Positions 11,490-23,550 of a stretch of DNA of 50,744 bases are shown in pieces (the first letter of the stretch is position 1; every line of letters begins with the position of its first letter). The stretch spans positions 24,494,785 to 24,545,528 of the forward strand of contig NC_069006.1 in NCBI RefSeq assembly GCF_001194135.2, written 5' to 3'. Made by a program: the position numbers and the translations under genes. The notes beneath the pieces were generated by a model. That model searched no databases and was not told the DNA's origin. It saw nothing but the letters and a program-made list of their open reading frames with translations. The stretch comes from Octopus bimaculoides. Lineage: Eukaryota.

Positions 11490-12570
11490 CAGCTATTTAT
11501 GAAATGAATGCTTTCGAGTCCTACTTTCATCTCAGTAATTGTGTTTGTTTTTTTCTTCTTTTGGAAAAAAAAATATATATATATACATATATTTATATCT
11601 ATTTTTGCGTGTTTGTTGTTATAATTGTCTTGATATTGAATTGTACAGTGATGGATAATTTTCCTGTGTAATCTGCAGGTTAAACCAGAGCTGTGGGCAG
11701 GTGAAAACCCAACCTGACACTTTACACAGGTTGGCAAGAATATTTTATGCTTATTGTTTGTATACCTCCTGAGTTGTGTTTTAGCCGCACGCACACACAC
11801 ACACACACACACACACATACATACGTATATACTCATATATAACCTATATACACACTCATGCATACATATATCCATACAAATACATAAATACATTTATCCT
11901 TCTTCCATGTGCAGGCATCCCCCCCCCCCACATTGCATTCTTGGAAAATCTTGCCAATAAACTTTGAAATTCTCCAATGCGAAGCATACCCTCCTGTTGA
12001 CTTCCATGTCGTAGCTTCGAAGTCGGCGGAAGATTTGTTTTCGCACTACAGAATTGCATATTACTCCAAGTAAGATTTTCTCAGAATCTCGACGTTTCCG
12101 TTACACCAGGGGGATGCCTGCGCCGACAAACCCAATCATATATATATTGAATGCAGCTATTACTAATTTGGTTGTTACACTATTTCTAAGCTAGGCATGT
12201 TATTGATATTCCAGCTAATGTTACTTGAGTCTTCTCTTAATCTTCTGATCTGTATTTCATTTAAGTGGGTAGAAGAGATATAAGTTTGATGCCTCGTCTC
12301 GATTCAGATAACATGCTGTTAAATGCAAGCTAGCAATTGTATTTGAACTGCCATTATAGACCATAATTCCAAATAATAATAATGATGATAATAATAATGG
12401 TTATAATAATAGTAATAATAATAATAATAATAATAATGGTTATAATAATGATGATAATAAATGGTTTAGCCTTAGTTGTACCTATAAACTTTGTTCATAA
12501 ATCTCTTTCTCTCTCTTGAATTGTGTATGTACATTTTGTTCTGTTCAATTAACTTTTATACTTAATCAAT

Positions 12571-12607
<37 letters not shown>

Positions 12608-13110
12608 ATCAATCCAATAAATTCCTCCTCTAATAAATTAATTGGTCAAAGTGCTGTTACGCCAAACAAACAATTCCTAATGGGGGGGAAACCGTTTTAT
12701 TTTTTTATTATTATTATTAAGTTTTCTGCTTTCTTTGAAAATCAAAGAATCGGTGAAAGATAGTTTAAAGTTCACCAAGAATGAATTTACTCAATGTTAT
12801 CATTAATGGATATTGATTTTAAATTTAGAATAATTAATTTTTGTTTATTTTTTTTCTTTCATTATTGATTTTAAATTTAAAAGTTAGATTACTTTTGCCA
12901 AGGGCTTCTCCACCCCTCTCTCAGCAGTTTGCCACATCTCAATTTAATTAAAGCTAATTAAGAATATTTTAAAACACTTGTCGATGATGGTGATAACAGT
13001 TAGTTCCGATCATCATTACTTCAACAAACCCATGGTGCTAACACAGGAAGTTTATGAAACACCAGTGATGGTGACACAAAGACAGATGTTTGGTGTTGTC
13101 TGGTGTTTAA

Positions 13111-13700
13111 CCCTTTAGTATTTGAACCAGCCTCATCCGGCCCAAATATTTTAGCTGTTTTTCTTTCAAACTAGCTAGATGTGACTTCTCACACCTACCT
13201 TACAATGTCATTCTAAAAATAGACAATCACATCAGGAAAACCTCAAAGCTATGAGATCATGAATGATTAATTCAAAGAAATGTGATTCGATGTAAGCAGT
13301 ACACTTGACAGTAATCTTACCTGTTTTATGTTCAAACTGGCTAGATCTGGCCTCTCACACCTACCCTACAATGCCATTCTAAAAAATAAACAATCATCAA
13401 AATCTCAGAAGCTACAAGATAATTGCAGGATTAAAATTCAAAACAATGTGATTAGATGTAAGCCTTATAATTGACAGAGTAATCTGAATGCCAAAGGATT
13501 GAATTGACTACATCCAGCCATAATATTCCACCTATTTCATGTTCAAATCTGCCAGATCTTGCCTCTCACACATACCATGCAATGTCATTCTAAAAATAAA
13601 CAATCACATTGTGAAGACCTTGAAGCTAATCCCTGATTAATTCAAAGCAATGTCAATAAATAAGAATTACATTTGACTGATTAATTGGAATGCTAAAGGG
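13111..13700. mobile_element. three head-to-tail copies of the same TTAA MITE, opposite orientation to 10133
   Basis: ttaa|ccctttag start, aatgctaaaggg end, about 190-200 bp internal units repeated. Confidence 0.75.
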
Positions 13701-16700
13701 TTTTAAACAGGTGTCGTTACAGGAAAACTAGTCCTTAAATTTTAGGGAAGCAGACCCTCTGTTCATGCTGTTAGCCACCCTTTGTATCTTTCTGCCATAA
13801 CATTAACATACCAGCTTTTAGTTTTAGATGCAGCATGTAAGAAAATGACCAATGTTGGCTGTTATTTAGCCCAGGTCTGTGCTAACAAGGCAGACCGTAT
13901 CATCAAAAGTATTTCTGTTATGACCACCTCACCTTTTAAGATATGTCTGGGACTGTGTTTTTTAATGTAAACATTTTTTTTTTTTTTTTTAATGGTAATT
14001 TGAGGAAGATTTGCTTGCTATTTAACTGAGCAACCACGTAGTTATCTCCCCCTGCCATTCTGAAATCACCCCCTGGATGAATTAGTAAAATAAAGACCTA
14101 GGATGTAAAATGTAGATCTTGCAAGAATTAGAATTGTACTAAAAGTAGTTTATACTTCCTGCTTGTAAATCTTATGTGTGTGTGTGTTAGAAAACGTTTT
14201 ACTGAAGACTTAATTGATAAAGTTTATTCTAAGATGATTTCATTAAAATATTTTCACTGCTTTTTTTTTTTTTGTTTTTTTTTTTTGTGTATGAAATGTG
14301 ATCAGAAAATTATTCCATCAGTTTCTTTTCCTATCTTCTCTATATCTATATGTATTTCTGTATTCCTCATGAATGTCTGATATTTTTTTAGTTTCTTGGT
14401 GGAAGTAGCCAACACCGTTTTCAGATCTATAAGTTGCCATTGTTGTAGTCGTTCCATGTGAAATTTTAAAAACATAATAGTAATAATAATAAAAGAAAAA
14501 AAGAAACTATGGTAGCATACCAAAGCAAAGTCCTCACCTATTTCTTCTTCACTGAAAAACTGCCAACAAAATGATCGTTATTTTTAATTGTTATGGAAAC
14601 TATTTGATAATGTTTTTAAGAGAATATTTGCTAAACTGTCTTCTCTCCACTCCAGCAAAATGTAAGGCTATTGCCATTTGTCAACTCAGAGAAACAGAAT
14701 CTAAGGATCTAAAAAATTTATTGGTGTCTTTTGTAACTCTGGTTCACTGCTAGGTGGGGGTGGAGACTAGATTTAGGAGTATTTAAGGAGAATCGTGAGC
14801 AAAATCTGTGAGATATCTACTGAATCTGGATTACTACCAGATGAATTTAGATTCCATTGTTTTGTTATTAATGTTAGCAAACCATATATCTTAAAGTTCG
14901 TTAGATTTCTAACATCTTATTATTCTAACCCTTTCTCATTTAGATTATCCTGTCAAGTTTAACACTTGCATTATCTCATAGCTCTGAAATTTTGATGGTG
15001 TGGTAGTTTTTCTTTTTTTTTTTTTAAGAACGAAATTGTAGGCTTGGTGTGAGAAGCTGGATGTGGCCAGTTTGAACATAAAACAAGATAGAATATTTGG
15101 GTTGGATGTGACTAGTTTAAATACCAAAGAGTTAACACAGTTCACCTTCTCTATCATATTGAAACCTTTTTGTGTATTGATTCCATTTTTTTTTATTCAA
15201 TTTATTTCTCCTGTTTTTTTTTGTTTTTTTTTTTTGCAATTACTAGCATGTAAGCTGGAATAAAATGCATAGATAGCCATTACCTTTATGCTGTGTGTGC
15301 TTTGTGAAGATCTCGCTATCACTAAACGTTTATACATGAACNNNNNNNNNNNNNNNNNNNNNNNNNNNNNNNNNNNNNNNNNNNNNNNNNNNNNNNNNNN
15401 NNNNNNNNNNNNNNNNNNNNNNNNNNNNNNNNNNNNNNNNNNNNNNNNNNNNNNNNNNNNNNNNNNNNNNNNNNNNNNNNNNNNNNNNNNNNNNNNNNNN
15501 NNNNNNNNNNNNNNNNNNNNNNNNNNNNNNNNNNNNNNNNNNNNNNNNNNNNNNNNNNNNNNNNNNNNNNNNNNNNNNNNNNNNNNNNNNNNNNNNNNNN
15601 NNNNNNNNNNNNNNNNNNNNNNNNNNNNNNNNNNNNNNNNNNNNNNNNNNNNNNNNNNNNNNNNNNNNNNNNNNNNNNNNNNNNNNNNNNNNNNNNNNNN
15701 NNNNNNNNNNNNNNNNNNNNNNNNNNNNNNNNNNNNNNNNNNNNNNNNNNNNNNNNNNNNNNNNNNNNNNNNNNNNNNNNNNNNNNNNNNNNNNNNNNNN
15801 NAGCATGTAAGCTGGAATAAAATGCATAGATAGCCATTACCTTTATGCTGTGTGTGCTTTGTGAAGATCTCGCTATCACTAAACGTTTATACATGAACCA
15901 TATTTAAAGGAAATAATTTTAAAAGATAATTTTGTTGGTGCTGCACATGCCGTCTGATTTGAGAGAAACTCCTAGGACATTCAGTGCCCTTTAGTGGTGA
16001 TGACTTTGGCAGTCTCTCTGTCCGTCGTTGAAAATTAGCTTTCACTCTGCATGGTCTCTTCGCATTATATACGTCTGGAAGAAAGTTTGTTCTTACACAT
16101 TTCATTTCAGTGCTTTGTCATCTTTCTAAGATAGAATAATTCCTATGGGAGTGTGTGTGGCTGTTGTTAGTATAAGATGTTTGTTAGAAGGGCCAGTAGA
16201 GGAATTATTTGTGGAAGAGCTTAGGGTTTTCTGTGTCTCTTATTTGGAACTGGTTTGTAGCAATAGCTTGATTACTGCCTGAGGTGCTGTGGAGTGTGAT
16301 TGAACCTGGAACCACTTGGCTGCAAAGCAAACTTCTACACACCATACAACCATACTGATGTCCTCTCTTCACAAACACACACACACACACACATACCTAA
16401 ACATATGAATACCTACACATACACTCCACATGAAAGTAAGAGTTCCAGTATGAACTTCGGAAATGATTGCTAAAACAAACTAAAGAACAAAAACACACAC
16501 ATATCTACACATCCATACACACGTGTGTGTGTGTGTGCAGGCATTGGCATGACTGTAGTTAAGAAGTTCTCATTGGAACCTCAGGGTTTCAATTTCAATC
16601 ACACTTTACAGCACCTTTACCATGTGCCCCATGCTGACCAATGTCTTGTGAGTGACATTGGAAGATGGAAAACTATATCAAAACCCATCACGTGTATGTA

Positions 16701-16724
16701 TGTGTGTGTGTGTGTGTGGCTATG

Positions 16725-16985
16725 TGATAAGAAGTTGGCGTCTTAACCACTTGGTTCTAGGTTCAGTTCCACTGCGTGGCACCTTGGGCTGGTATCTTCT
16801 ACAATAGTCTCAGGTCGAACGGTTTGACCAGAGCTGGCAAGTTGGGAGGCTGCACCAGGCTCCAGTTGTCTGCTTTGGCATGGTTTCTACAGCTGGATGC
16901 CCTTCCTGATGCCAACCACTACAGAGTGAAATGGGTGCTTTTACATGGCCCTGCACAGGCACTTTTACGTGACACCTTCACGAGT
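16725..16985. mobile_element. SINE A head fused to family D element
   Basis: A homology 16725-16815; D homology (ggctgcaccaggctcc...ctacagctggatgcccttcc) 16816-16985. Confidence 0.65.
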
Positions 16986-17093
16986 GCTTCACACCACCAG
17001 AATCTTAACACTTCTGATCTGGAGTACCAGTCTTCTTCAGGGTCTTGTGTGTTTGTGTGTGTGTCTACACACACACACACACACACACATACA

Positions 17094-17168
17094 CAGGATG
17101 GCCCAAAACTAGGTTTACAGTTATTCAAAAGTGCCTACATGATAACTATAAACCTACTTTTGGGCCAC
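17094..17168. mobile_element. miniature (about 75 bp) Tc1/mariner-type MITE
   Basis: TIRs tggcccaaaactaggtttacagttat / ataactataaacctacttttgggcca, followed by TA run; second copy near 17332-17406 is an assembly duplicate. Confidence 0.65.
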
Positions 17169-18113
17169 TATATATATATATATATATATATTATATACAC
17201 ACACACATGCATTCATGTCTCTTTCTNNNNNNNNNNAGAATCTTAACACTTCTGATCTGGAGTACCAGTCTTCTTCAGGGTCTTGTGTGTTTGTGTGTGT
17301 GTCTACACACACACACACACACACACATACACAGGATGGCCCAAAACTAGGTTTACAGTTATTCAAAAGTGCCTACATGATAACTATAAACCTACTTTTG
17401 GGCCACTATATATATATATATATATATATTATATACACACACACATGCATTCATGTCTCTTTCTTCTCTTTCACTTTGCATGTGGGCAAGACACCCGCTC
17501 CTCCCCATTTATTATAGTTTCTTACTCCTCCAGTCTATACCCAAGTTGGTCGAGTGGTGATGAGGGGTCTTATCTTGCAGATGCTTGGCAGCCTCATTGG
17601 TGGTGGTGGTGTCACATTAAAAAAAAAACGAAAAAAAAAACACTCAGGACATTTTGTAAAGTGTTTAGCATTAGGAAGGGCATCCAGCTGTAGAGACCCA
17701 ACCAAAGCAGACAGAGAGCCCTTGTCTCAACTGTTCTTGTTGAACCATGCAACCCTTTGAAAGAAGGGATGCTTAATGATGACGATGATGATGGCAACAT
17801 AAACATGCACACACACATCCATTTTCCCCATTGTATTAGATCCATGCTGTGGGGGGCTATTTGTTTCTGTAGTTAGCTTTGATTCCGTTTCGTTAACTCT
17901 ATTATAATGATAAGAGCTTAGTAGTAATGACACAGTTACGAGTGTTATCAAGATTATTGATTTATTGATTGCAGTCTCTGTGTGTTGAAACTGTGTCGGT
18001 TAACATTGTGTTTTCTCAGCACTAGAGAGAAAAGGTTCAGGGCTTCTGTTGGCCTTTCTCTTCTCTTTTCTGCATGTGTGTGTGGTGTGTCGTTAGGAAA
18101 TAACAATCTACAT

Positions 18114-18215
18114 CAGTGGTTCCCAACTTTTTTCTTTCTCCCCTCTGGACCCCATTGATTCCTATTTTTACTCCACTGGACCCTCATAACCACTCGGTGT
18201 TTTAAAAAATGCTTT
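18114..18215. mobile_element. hAT MITE fragment (reverse of 24698-24920 right end)
   Basis: cagtggttcccaac terminus and ggaccccattgattcctatttt internal match. Confidence 0.6.
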
Positions 18216-18235
18216 TATGATGGAATATTAGGGGA

Positions 18236-18560
18236 CAGGCATGGCTGTGTGGTAAGAAGTTTGTTTCCCAACCCCAACCACTGCATGGCTCTGGGGTCGG
18301 TCCCACTGCATGGCTCCATAGGCAGGGCAAGTGTCTTCTATTATAGCCTTGGGTTGACCGAAGCCTTGTGAGTGGACTTTGTACATGGAAACTGAAAGAA
18401 GCCCATTGTGTGTGTATGTGCCTTTTGTCTCTGTATTTGTCCCTCACCACCGCCTGACAACTGATGTTGGTTTGTTTACGTCCCCATAATTTAGTGGTTC
18501 AGCAAAACAGTCTGACAGAATAAGTAACAGGCTTTAAAAAAAATTAATACTGGGGGTTGA
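18236..18560 (+). mobile_element. SINE family A
   Basis: homologous to 392-760. Confidence 0.8.
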
Positions 18561-19828
18561 ATCATTTGACTAAAGATTTTTCATGGCACTGCCCATTAGT
18601 TTGAACATAAAAACAAGTAGAATAGTTGGGCTGGATGTGGCCAATTTAAATGCTAAAGGGTTAATGAATATCTTTGTTAATTTTTAAGCATCATTTATAG
18701 TTAATCCTATTGGATTTGGATTTCTGCTCATCAACTTCAGTTTGTGTGACAGAAACCATTTCTTANNNNNNNNNNNNNNNNNNNNNNNNNNNNNNNNNNN
18801 NNNNNNNNNNNNNATACATACATATTCACTCACAAGTAGTACCACACTTCATCATCAACAGCAACAACATCATTAAGTCCTTATACAGTCACACGATAAA
18901 TAAAACTGATTTTTGTTTTGGAAGTTTTCTGTACATTATTTTTCCTTTGGACTTTTGTTTCTTTGCTTTTTGATTTGCTCTTTTTTTGTTTTTGTTTTTC
19001 TGTTTGTTGTTGTTGTTGGAAAGTTTTAGTTATTTTCTCTGAAAATTTTATTTTTGTTTTATTTTAATTTTTAATTTTTTTTTTTTATTTCTGCCGTTGT
19101 GGAAACTACCCTTAAGTGTTCATACTAACATGTCCCTTATTAAACTAACTGACCGTTTGTTGTTGTTGATGATGTCAGTGGTGTTGATTGTTGGTGGTTA
19201 ATTAAGTTTAAGTAATCAACTGTAACTTAATTAACTTGGTCACCCGAGTCAGATAATAGCTGTCAGCTAGATGGTTCTCACTGGAGGGTTCCGAAATACA
19301 TCAAACAGCTAGAGTGGAATTAAGGGCCTTAATTGTTAACACTGTACCACAAACCCATCCGACATGTCAACCATCATTTAGTGATGAGATTTAAAGACTT
19401 TTTAAAATAATAAAGTACCTAAGACCTTAGTGGTTCGGCAAAAGAGACCAATAGAATAAGTGCTAGGCTTTTTTTATAAAAAAACATGTCCTCGGGGTTC
19501 GATTTGTTCAACTAAAACCCTTCAATGCGGTGCTCCAGCATGGCCACAGTCAAATGACTGAAACAAGTAAAAGAATGAAAGAAAGAACCTTTTGTGGCAC
19601 CACTTATTATTATTATTATTATCATTATTTTGATTATTGTTTTAATTATTTTAATTTATTTTCATTTCCAAAAGTAAATTACTGAAAGCAGTTTATGGCT
19701 ATTGGGTTTTAGTCTTGAGTGGAGGAAGATGGTTCAGCTGAAGAACCACGTTTGTTTAACGATAATACAGTCCGTTCATTGTGTAATTAGCTGACGATAT
19801 TAATAATGCTGTTTTCTTTGTTTTGCAG

Positions 19829-19916
19829 TAGGGTTAGTTCGAGAAGCAGCATAGGGGGATACGCCCGCAGTGAAGCTGAATTGGAACAAATCATGGATGG
19901 ACTTCATGAGCAAGAA
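19829..19916 (+). CDS. NCOR1: NCoR exon 6: (S)RVSSRSSIGGYARSEAELEQIMDGLHEQE; start 19829 or 19832 (tandem CAGTAG acceptor)
   Basis: follows a 16.5-kb intron; conserved ARSExExxxIxDGLxEQE; gtaagt donor. Confidence 0.93.
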
Positions 19917-19959
19917 GTAAGTAACAGCAACACATCTTTTTTCATTAATTATCCTCAGC

Positions 19960-20560
19960 AGAGTCGTTAGCATGCCAGACAAAATGCTCAGTGGGCCAAC
20001 CAAAGCCTTGTAAGTGGATTTGGTAGCCCATTGTGTATATATGTGTTTGTTATTTGTGTCTGTGTCTGTTGACATATTGATAAAGCTTATTGTATTGAAC
20101 TAGGATCAGAATATACGTTCTGAGTTCAAATTCCGCCAAGGTTGACTTTTCCTTTCATCCTTTCAAGGTCAACAAATTAAGTACCAGTTGCGTTCTGGAG
20201 TCGTTCTAATTGACTGGCCTGCTCCCTCGAAATTTTGGGCTTTGTGACTAGAGTAGAAAACAAATAAGTACCAGTTATGTACTGGGGTCAATGTAATCAA
20301 CTATTCCCTCCCCCAAAATTTCAAGCCTTGTGCCTATGGTAGTTATCATAATAATAAGGTGACAAGTTGACAGAATTGTTAGCACATCAAGTGAAATTGC
20401 TAAGCAGTATTTCATCCGACTTTATGTTCTGAGTCCAGATTCCGTCATGGTCAACTTTGCCTTTCATTCTTTCAGGGTCAATAAAAAGAAATGTACCAGC
20501 TGAGCATTGGGGCTCAATGAAACTGACTTATCCCCTTCCCCGAAAATACTGGGCTTCTGT
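19960..20560 (+). mobile_element. cluster of SINE B copies with a nested SINE A fragment
   Basis: B head at about 19960, A-derived ccaaagccttgtaagtggatttggtag insert, B cores near 20115 and 20420. Confidence 0.7.
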
Positions 20561-20637
20561 CAAAATATGTTGCTGTTGTTCTGCATTTGTAATTGATATT
20601 TAATTTGACTTAAATTTTGTTTTATTTGTATTTCAAG

Positions 20638-20871
20638 GAGGAAGACAAGAAAATGCGGAGCTATGCTGTGGTGCCACCCATGATGCTGGATGCTCGATCA
20701 CGGAGTTTAAAGTTTATTAATAACAACGGCTTGATTGAAGATCCTATGGCTGAATTTAAAGAAAGGCAGCATTTAAATATTTGGACTCAACCAGAAAAAA
20801 TGATTTTCAAAGAAAAATACCTCCAACATCCCAAAAATTTCTGTTTAATTGCTTCATTTTTAGAAAGAAAG
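20638..20871 (+). CDS. NCOR1: NCoR exon 7: DAD/SANT1 N-part EEDKKMRSYAVVPPMMLD...WTQPEKMIFKEKYLQHPKNFCLIASFLERK
   Basis: ttcaag/gtgagt; SANT1 of the HDAC3 deacetylase-activation domain. Confidence 0.97.
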
Positions 20872-21195
20872 GTGAGTCCTGATGTTTTGGAAGTCCTCTT
20901 GCTGATCTACTCTGGCTCACCTCTATGAAGTGAAACCCATTTTTTATTGGTTATACCTGTCTTTTATCCATCTGGGGTGGGGGGGGGGCAGTGACAAACT
21001 GGGGGTAGATGTAATCTCTCAAAATTGTTTGCATTGTATCTAAATGAGAAACAACAAATATATATATCCATTTCGTGAGTCCCAACACCTGTAGATCCTA
21101 TGTCTCCCCACCAAGGGTCATACAGACCCTGACTGAGGGCCACTGGTTTAAAGAGAGACGAATGCTTCATGAATTGTTGTTCTGTTCTGTTTCAG

Positions 21196-21306
21196 ACTGT
21201 TGCTGATTGTATATTGCATTATTACTTAACGAAAAAGAATGAAAATTTTAAACAGTTATTACGAAAGCAAGGTGTAAAGAAAAGAAGAGCTTTCCCTAAA
21301 CCGCAG
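21196..21306 (+). CDS. NCOR1: NCoR exon 8: TVADCILHYYLTKKNENFKQLLRKQGVKKRRAFPKPQ
   Basis: tttcag/gtaagt; conserved DCxxxYYLTKKNENxK end of SANT1. Confidence 0.97.
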
Positions 21307-21694
21307 GTAAGTTGCGTTTGATTATGAACCAATTGCTGCCGTCTGTCACAGTATTTGAAGTTTCATTTTGATTTCTGTATAAATTTGTTTCACAATCCAT
21401 AGGAATTCCACAGACTTCTTCCTCTTCCTTACAATCTGTGGCAATTAGATTATGTACATGATGCTGTATTTGTTCTTGACTCCAAGAACAAATACAACAG
21501 ACTCAGGGGTGGGAGGGAAGGAAGTATTCTCAAACCAGGAGCTTTTAGCGAATTTCTGCAATGGAGACTTTGCTGGAAGTAACCAAGGTGCCCCGTGGTG
21601 ATGTTAAACTGCACAACAGAATAAGGTTTGGAGAAGCAGTACTTGGAAGGAACCAATTGCTACCTTCTGTCAAAGAATATTTGAAGTTGAATCA

Positions 21695-22052
21695 GCAGGC
21701 ATCTGTGGTTGAGAAGCTTACTTCCCAAGCATGTGGTCTTGGTTTCAATCCCACTGTGTGATACCTTGGTCAAGCGTCTTTTACTATGGCACTGTGGGTC
21801 GGCAAAAGCCTTGTGAGTGGATTTGGTAGACGGAAACTGAAAGAAGCCCATCGTATATGGATATATTTGTTTGTCTGTTTGTCCCCACCACCATTGCTTA
21901 ACAACTAATGCTGGTGTGTTTACGTCCCCATAACTTAGTGGTTTGGCAAAAGAGGCCGACAGAATAAGTACTAGTCTTACAAATAATAAGTCCTGGGGTC
22001 AGTTTGCTCGACTAAAGGCAATGCTCCAGCATGGCCGCAGTAAAAGAATAAA
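21695..22052 (+). mobile_element. SINE family A, near full length
   Basis: homologous to 392-760. Confidence 0.85.
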
Positions 22053-22225
22053 AAATACCAATCAAAAACTTGCCTGTTCATATAAACCCCTCAACCCCTA
22101 GAAAGTCAGGCCCTTAATGTCAGACCATTTAAAGTTGATGTTGTTAGTCTCTATTGTCATACTAATGTTTGTTTGTTTTTTTCTTTCCTCCTTCCTCCAC
22201 CCTCTGCCCTTCTTCTTCTGTGAAG

Positions 22226-22425
22226 CCATCTGTGAGTAGACCCTTAGATGGTGTCAAAGAGGAGACCCCATCGAAAGAGGAATCTGATGATAATGCCAAT
22301 AACTCCAACAACAGCAGCAGCAGCAGCAGCAGTAGCAGCAGCACCACCACCACCACAACCTCCTCAACTGCCACAACTACAACCACTGCCACCTCAACAG
22401 CTAGTTCAGCTACTACAACTAATAA
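22226..22425 (+). CDS. NCOR1: NCoR exon 9: PSVSRPLDGVKEETP... Asn/Ser/Thr low-complexity
   Basis: long polypyrimidine tract ending tgaag, gtatgt donor; phases 0/2 fit neighbours. Confidence 0.75.
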
Positions 22426-22748
22426 GTATGTATCTACAGCTTCAGTATTTATTTATTGTATGTTGTTGTTGTTGTTCTTAAAAATGAAGGGGAAACTGAC
22501 CTTTGTAAGAGAGCATGTAATGCCTGTCCATTAGGTTATGTCATGTCCAGTTTTGTTTATTATGTTCATCATGTCTGTGCTGCAACCGATGAACAAAGGT
22601 GAACAAATGAATATTCGTTAACTGTTTATCCGAGTGAATTTGGTTGACGGAAACTGAAAGAAGCCTGTCGTATATGTGTATATATGTACACGTATATGTG
22701 TGTATGTATTTGTGTGTATCAGTCAAATACTGTGCTTGTGTTGGAAAT

Positions 22749-22780
<32 letters not shown>

Positions 22781-22814
22781 TTTTGTTCCATTTTTCTCTT
22801 TCTTTATTTTGTAG

Positions 22815-22903
22815 CAGTGTTAAAAAGGAACCTGATAAGGAAAGTGAAGAACTCTCCGAAATTACAGACATTACAACAGTTTCTGGATCAACAGATTCTG
22901 ATG
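22815..22903 (+). CDS. NCOR1: NCoR exon 10: SVKKEPDKESEELSEITDITTVSGSTDSD; start 22815 or 22818
   Basis: TAGCAG acceptor, gttggt donor, phases 2/1 fit. Confidence 0.75.
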
Positions 22904-22980
22904 GTTGGTTATTTGTTATTCGCTCTTCTCTATAATCCTGTTTCTTACTTCCACTCTTTATCTTAATCCGTGATGTATAT

Positions 22981-23416
22981 ATAGGGTTGGCCAAAAGTCA
23001 CTTGACAGTCATTTAATTTCAAGATTTATTTATGTTAAACAACTGAATGAATTTAATAAAAGCATCTAAGTATGAGAGAGTCGAAACTATTGAAACGGTT
23101 ACAAGATGCAATGAAAATCTTAGAAAAATAAAATAAGGAATAAGTGGAAATTTTACTGGTGAGTGTGTTATGTTATAAGGCACCAAAAGAGAATGGCTCT
23201 CCCCAGACACTACAGAATATGCTTCAATACACGATTTCACATAAAGAATCTTGAAAACCAAATCTCAAAACGAAATCTAAATATGAAACATCATGAAAAT
23301 TGTTCAAACTGAAGTCCCTTCTTGAGCAACATATTTTCCATTTGAGACAATACAGAATTACAGATAATATTTTTGGAATTTTGATTTGCTGTCGGGTGAC
23401 TTTTGGCCACCCTTTA
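22981..23416. mobile_element. Tc1/mariner non-autonomous element
   Basis: TIRs agggttggccaaaagtcacttgacag / ctgtcgggtgacttttggccaccct with TA flanks. Confidence 0.8.
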
Positions 23417-23419
23417 TAT

Positions 23420-23550
23420 ATCATCATCATCATTTAACGTCCGTTGTCCATCCTGGCATGGGTTGGGCAGTTTGACCAGAGCTCGTAAACTGGAAGGCTG
23501 CACCAGACTCCAGTCTGATTTATCATGGTTTTCCATGGCTGGATGCAGCT
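23420..23550. mobile_element. family D repeat (catcatcatttaacgtcc...)
   Basis: homologous to 2259-2398 and 16816-16985. Confidence 0.65.

Noticed and set aside
15245-15898. 97-nt direct repeat flanking the gap (15245-15341 vs 15802-15898)
   Set aside because: Identical sequence on both sides of an N gap is most likely contig-overlap artefact
16999-17464. 228-nt exact tandem duplication around a 10-N gap
   Set aside because: Assembly artefact pattern; the same pattern occurs at 34081-34160
20635-20640. AAGGAG tandem acceptor at exon 7
   Set aside because: GAG is a very poor acceptor, and homology fits the 20638 start
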